Of a stretch of 64,000 nt of DNA, positions 63,070 to 64,000 are shown piece after piece. The stretch's first letter is position 1, and every line of letters begins with the position of its first letter. Position numbers and translations under genes: made by a program. The notes under the pieces were generated by a model that was not told the DNA's origin, did not search any database, and saw only the letters and a list, made by a program, of their open reading frames with translations. The DNA is from Okamejei kenojei (lineage: Eukaryota): positions 35,030,001 to 35,094,000 of the forward strand of contig CM069150.1 in NCBI GenBank assembly GCA_035221665.1, written 5' to 3'.

Positions 63070-63870
63070 GTGCTGCTCCTCCAATTTGCATGTGGCGTCA
63101 TTCTAGCAATGGAGGTGGCCCAGAACGGAAAGGTCATTATGGGAATGGAAAAGGGAGTTAAAGTGGTTACCAACTGGAAGATCCAGTAGCGGACCAAAAC
63201 TCATCTGTTCAACAAAACGGTGTACGCTTGGTGTCACCAATGTACAGGAGCCCGCATCAGGAACATCGACTGCAGTAGATGGAAGTTAGAGGAGGTGTGT
63301 GTGTGTCTCTGTCTCACCTGGAAGGACTGCTGGGACCCCTGTATGGAGTCAAGGGAGGAGGTATAAGTACAGGTGTTGCATCTCCTGTGGCTGCAGGGAA
63401 AATATCTGGAGAGGGGGTGGTTTGAGTGGGAAGGGATGGGTGAACCAAGGAGTTGCGGAGGAAGCAGTCTCTACGCAAGGTGGAGATGGGAAGATATGAT
63501 TAGTGGTGGGATCTCGTTGGAGGTGATGGAAATGTCAGAGGATGATATGTTGGATGCAGAGGCTGGTTGGGTGTCAGAGGACCAGAGGAACTCTGTCCTT
63601 GTTGCCTCTGGGGATAGAGGGAGTGAGTGCAGAACTCCGGGACACAGAAGAGACATGGGTGATGGAACCATCTATGGCAACTGGGAGGGAAACCAGGTTT
63701 TCTAATGAATGAGGAAATCTTAGATGTCCTTGTATGGAAAGCCTCTTCTTGGGAGCAGCTGTGGCAGAGACAGAGGATTGAGAGTAGGGGATAGCATCTT
63801 TGCAAGAGGCAGGGTGGGTGGAGGTGTGGCCAAGATAACGGTGGGGGTTGGTAGGTATGTCCACTAAATC
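62712..63870 (-). mobile_element. Penelope-like retroelement 3' part (RT thumb, GIY-YIG endonuclease, UTR, terminus), pseudogenised
   Basis: PTNPHRYLGHTSTHPASCKDAIPYSQ, CSQEEAFHTRTSKISSF, NKDRVPLVL, IYCSRCS*CGLLYIGDTKR, KLEEQHLIFHLGSLHP; hammerhead-like terminus at ~62770-62805. Confidence 0.9.
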
Positions 63871-63879
63871 TAGTCCCTG

Positions 63880-63975
63880 GTAGACACAAAATGCTGGAAT
63901 AACTCAGCGGGACAGGCAGCATCTCTGGTGAGAAGGAATGGGTGACGATTCAGGTCGAGACCCTTCTTCAGACTG
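63880..63975 (-). mobile_element. Penelope-terminus monomer with 9-bp flanking repeat
   Basis: gacacaaaatgctggaataactcagcggg...ggtcgagacccttcttcagact; tagtccctg at 63871-63879 and 63987-63995. Confidence 0.82.
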
Positions 63976-64000
63976 GTCTCTTTGTTTAGTCCCTGTATTG

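Noticed and set aside
1-64000. CRISPR arrays, operons, rRNA or prokaryotic defence systems
   Set aside because: Eukaryotic repeat landscape; no regularly spaced repeat-spacer array or rRNA similarity seen

Overview
Repeat-dense, AT-rich vertebrate genomic DNA with no recognisable host protein-coding exon, so it is probably a large intron or an intergenic region. The repeats (V-SINE/HE1-type tRNA SINEs sharing a 3' tail with CR1/HER1-type LINEs, plus Rex1/Babar, RTE and GIY-YIG Penelope-like elements) point to a cartilaginous fish, probably a skate or ray (inference). Every protein-like ORF is transposon-derived: Rex1/Babar RT (2534-3364), CR1 RT (56200-57412 and fragments), a CGGBP1-like hAT transposase pseudogene (12881-13828) and a Penelope RT-thumb/GIY-YIG remnant (to 63870). 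DNA elements include a hAT MITE with an 8-bp TSD, two Harbinger-like MITEs, a Tigger-like MITE and a non-autonomous Helitron. The most interesting pattern is a family of short Penelope-terminus elements carrying a hammerhead-ribozyme-like core (CTGAAGA-hairpin-GAAACGTC). They often occur as ~150-230 bp fold-back palindromes and are flanked by 9-19 bp direct repeats, as if mobilised as independent units. There is also a recent ~560 bp local templated duplication (59842-60397 vs 62504-63069). Boundaries of old repeats were estimated by eye and are approximate.
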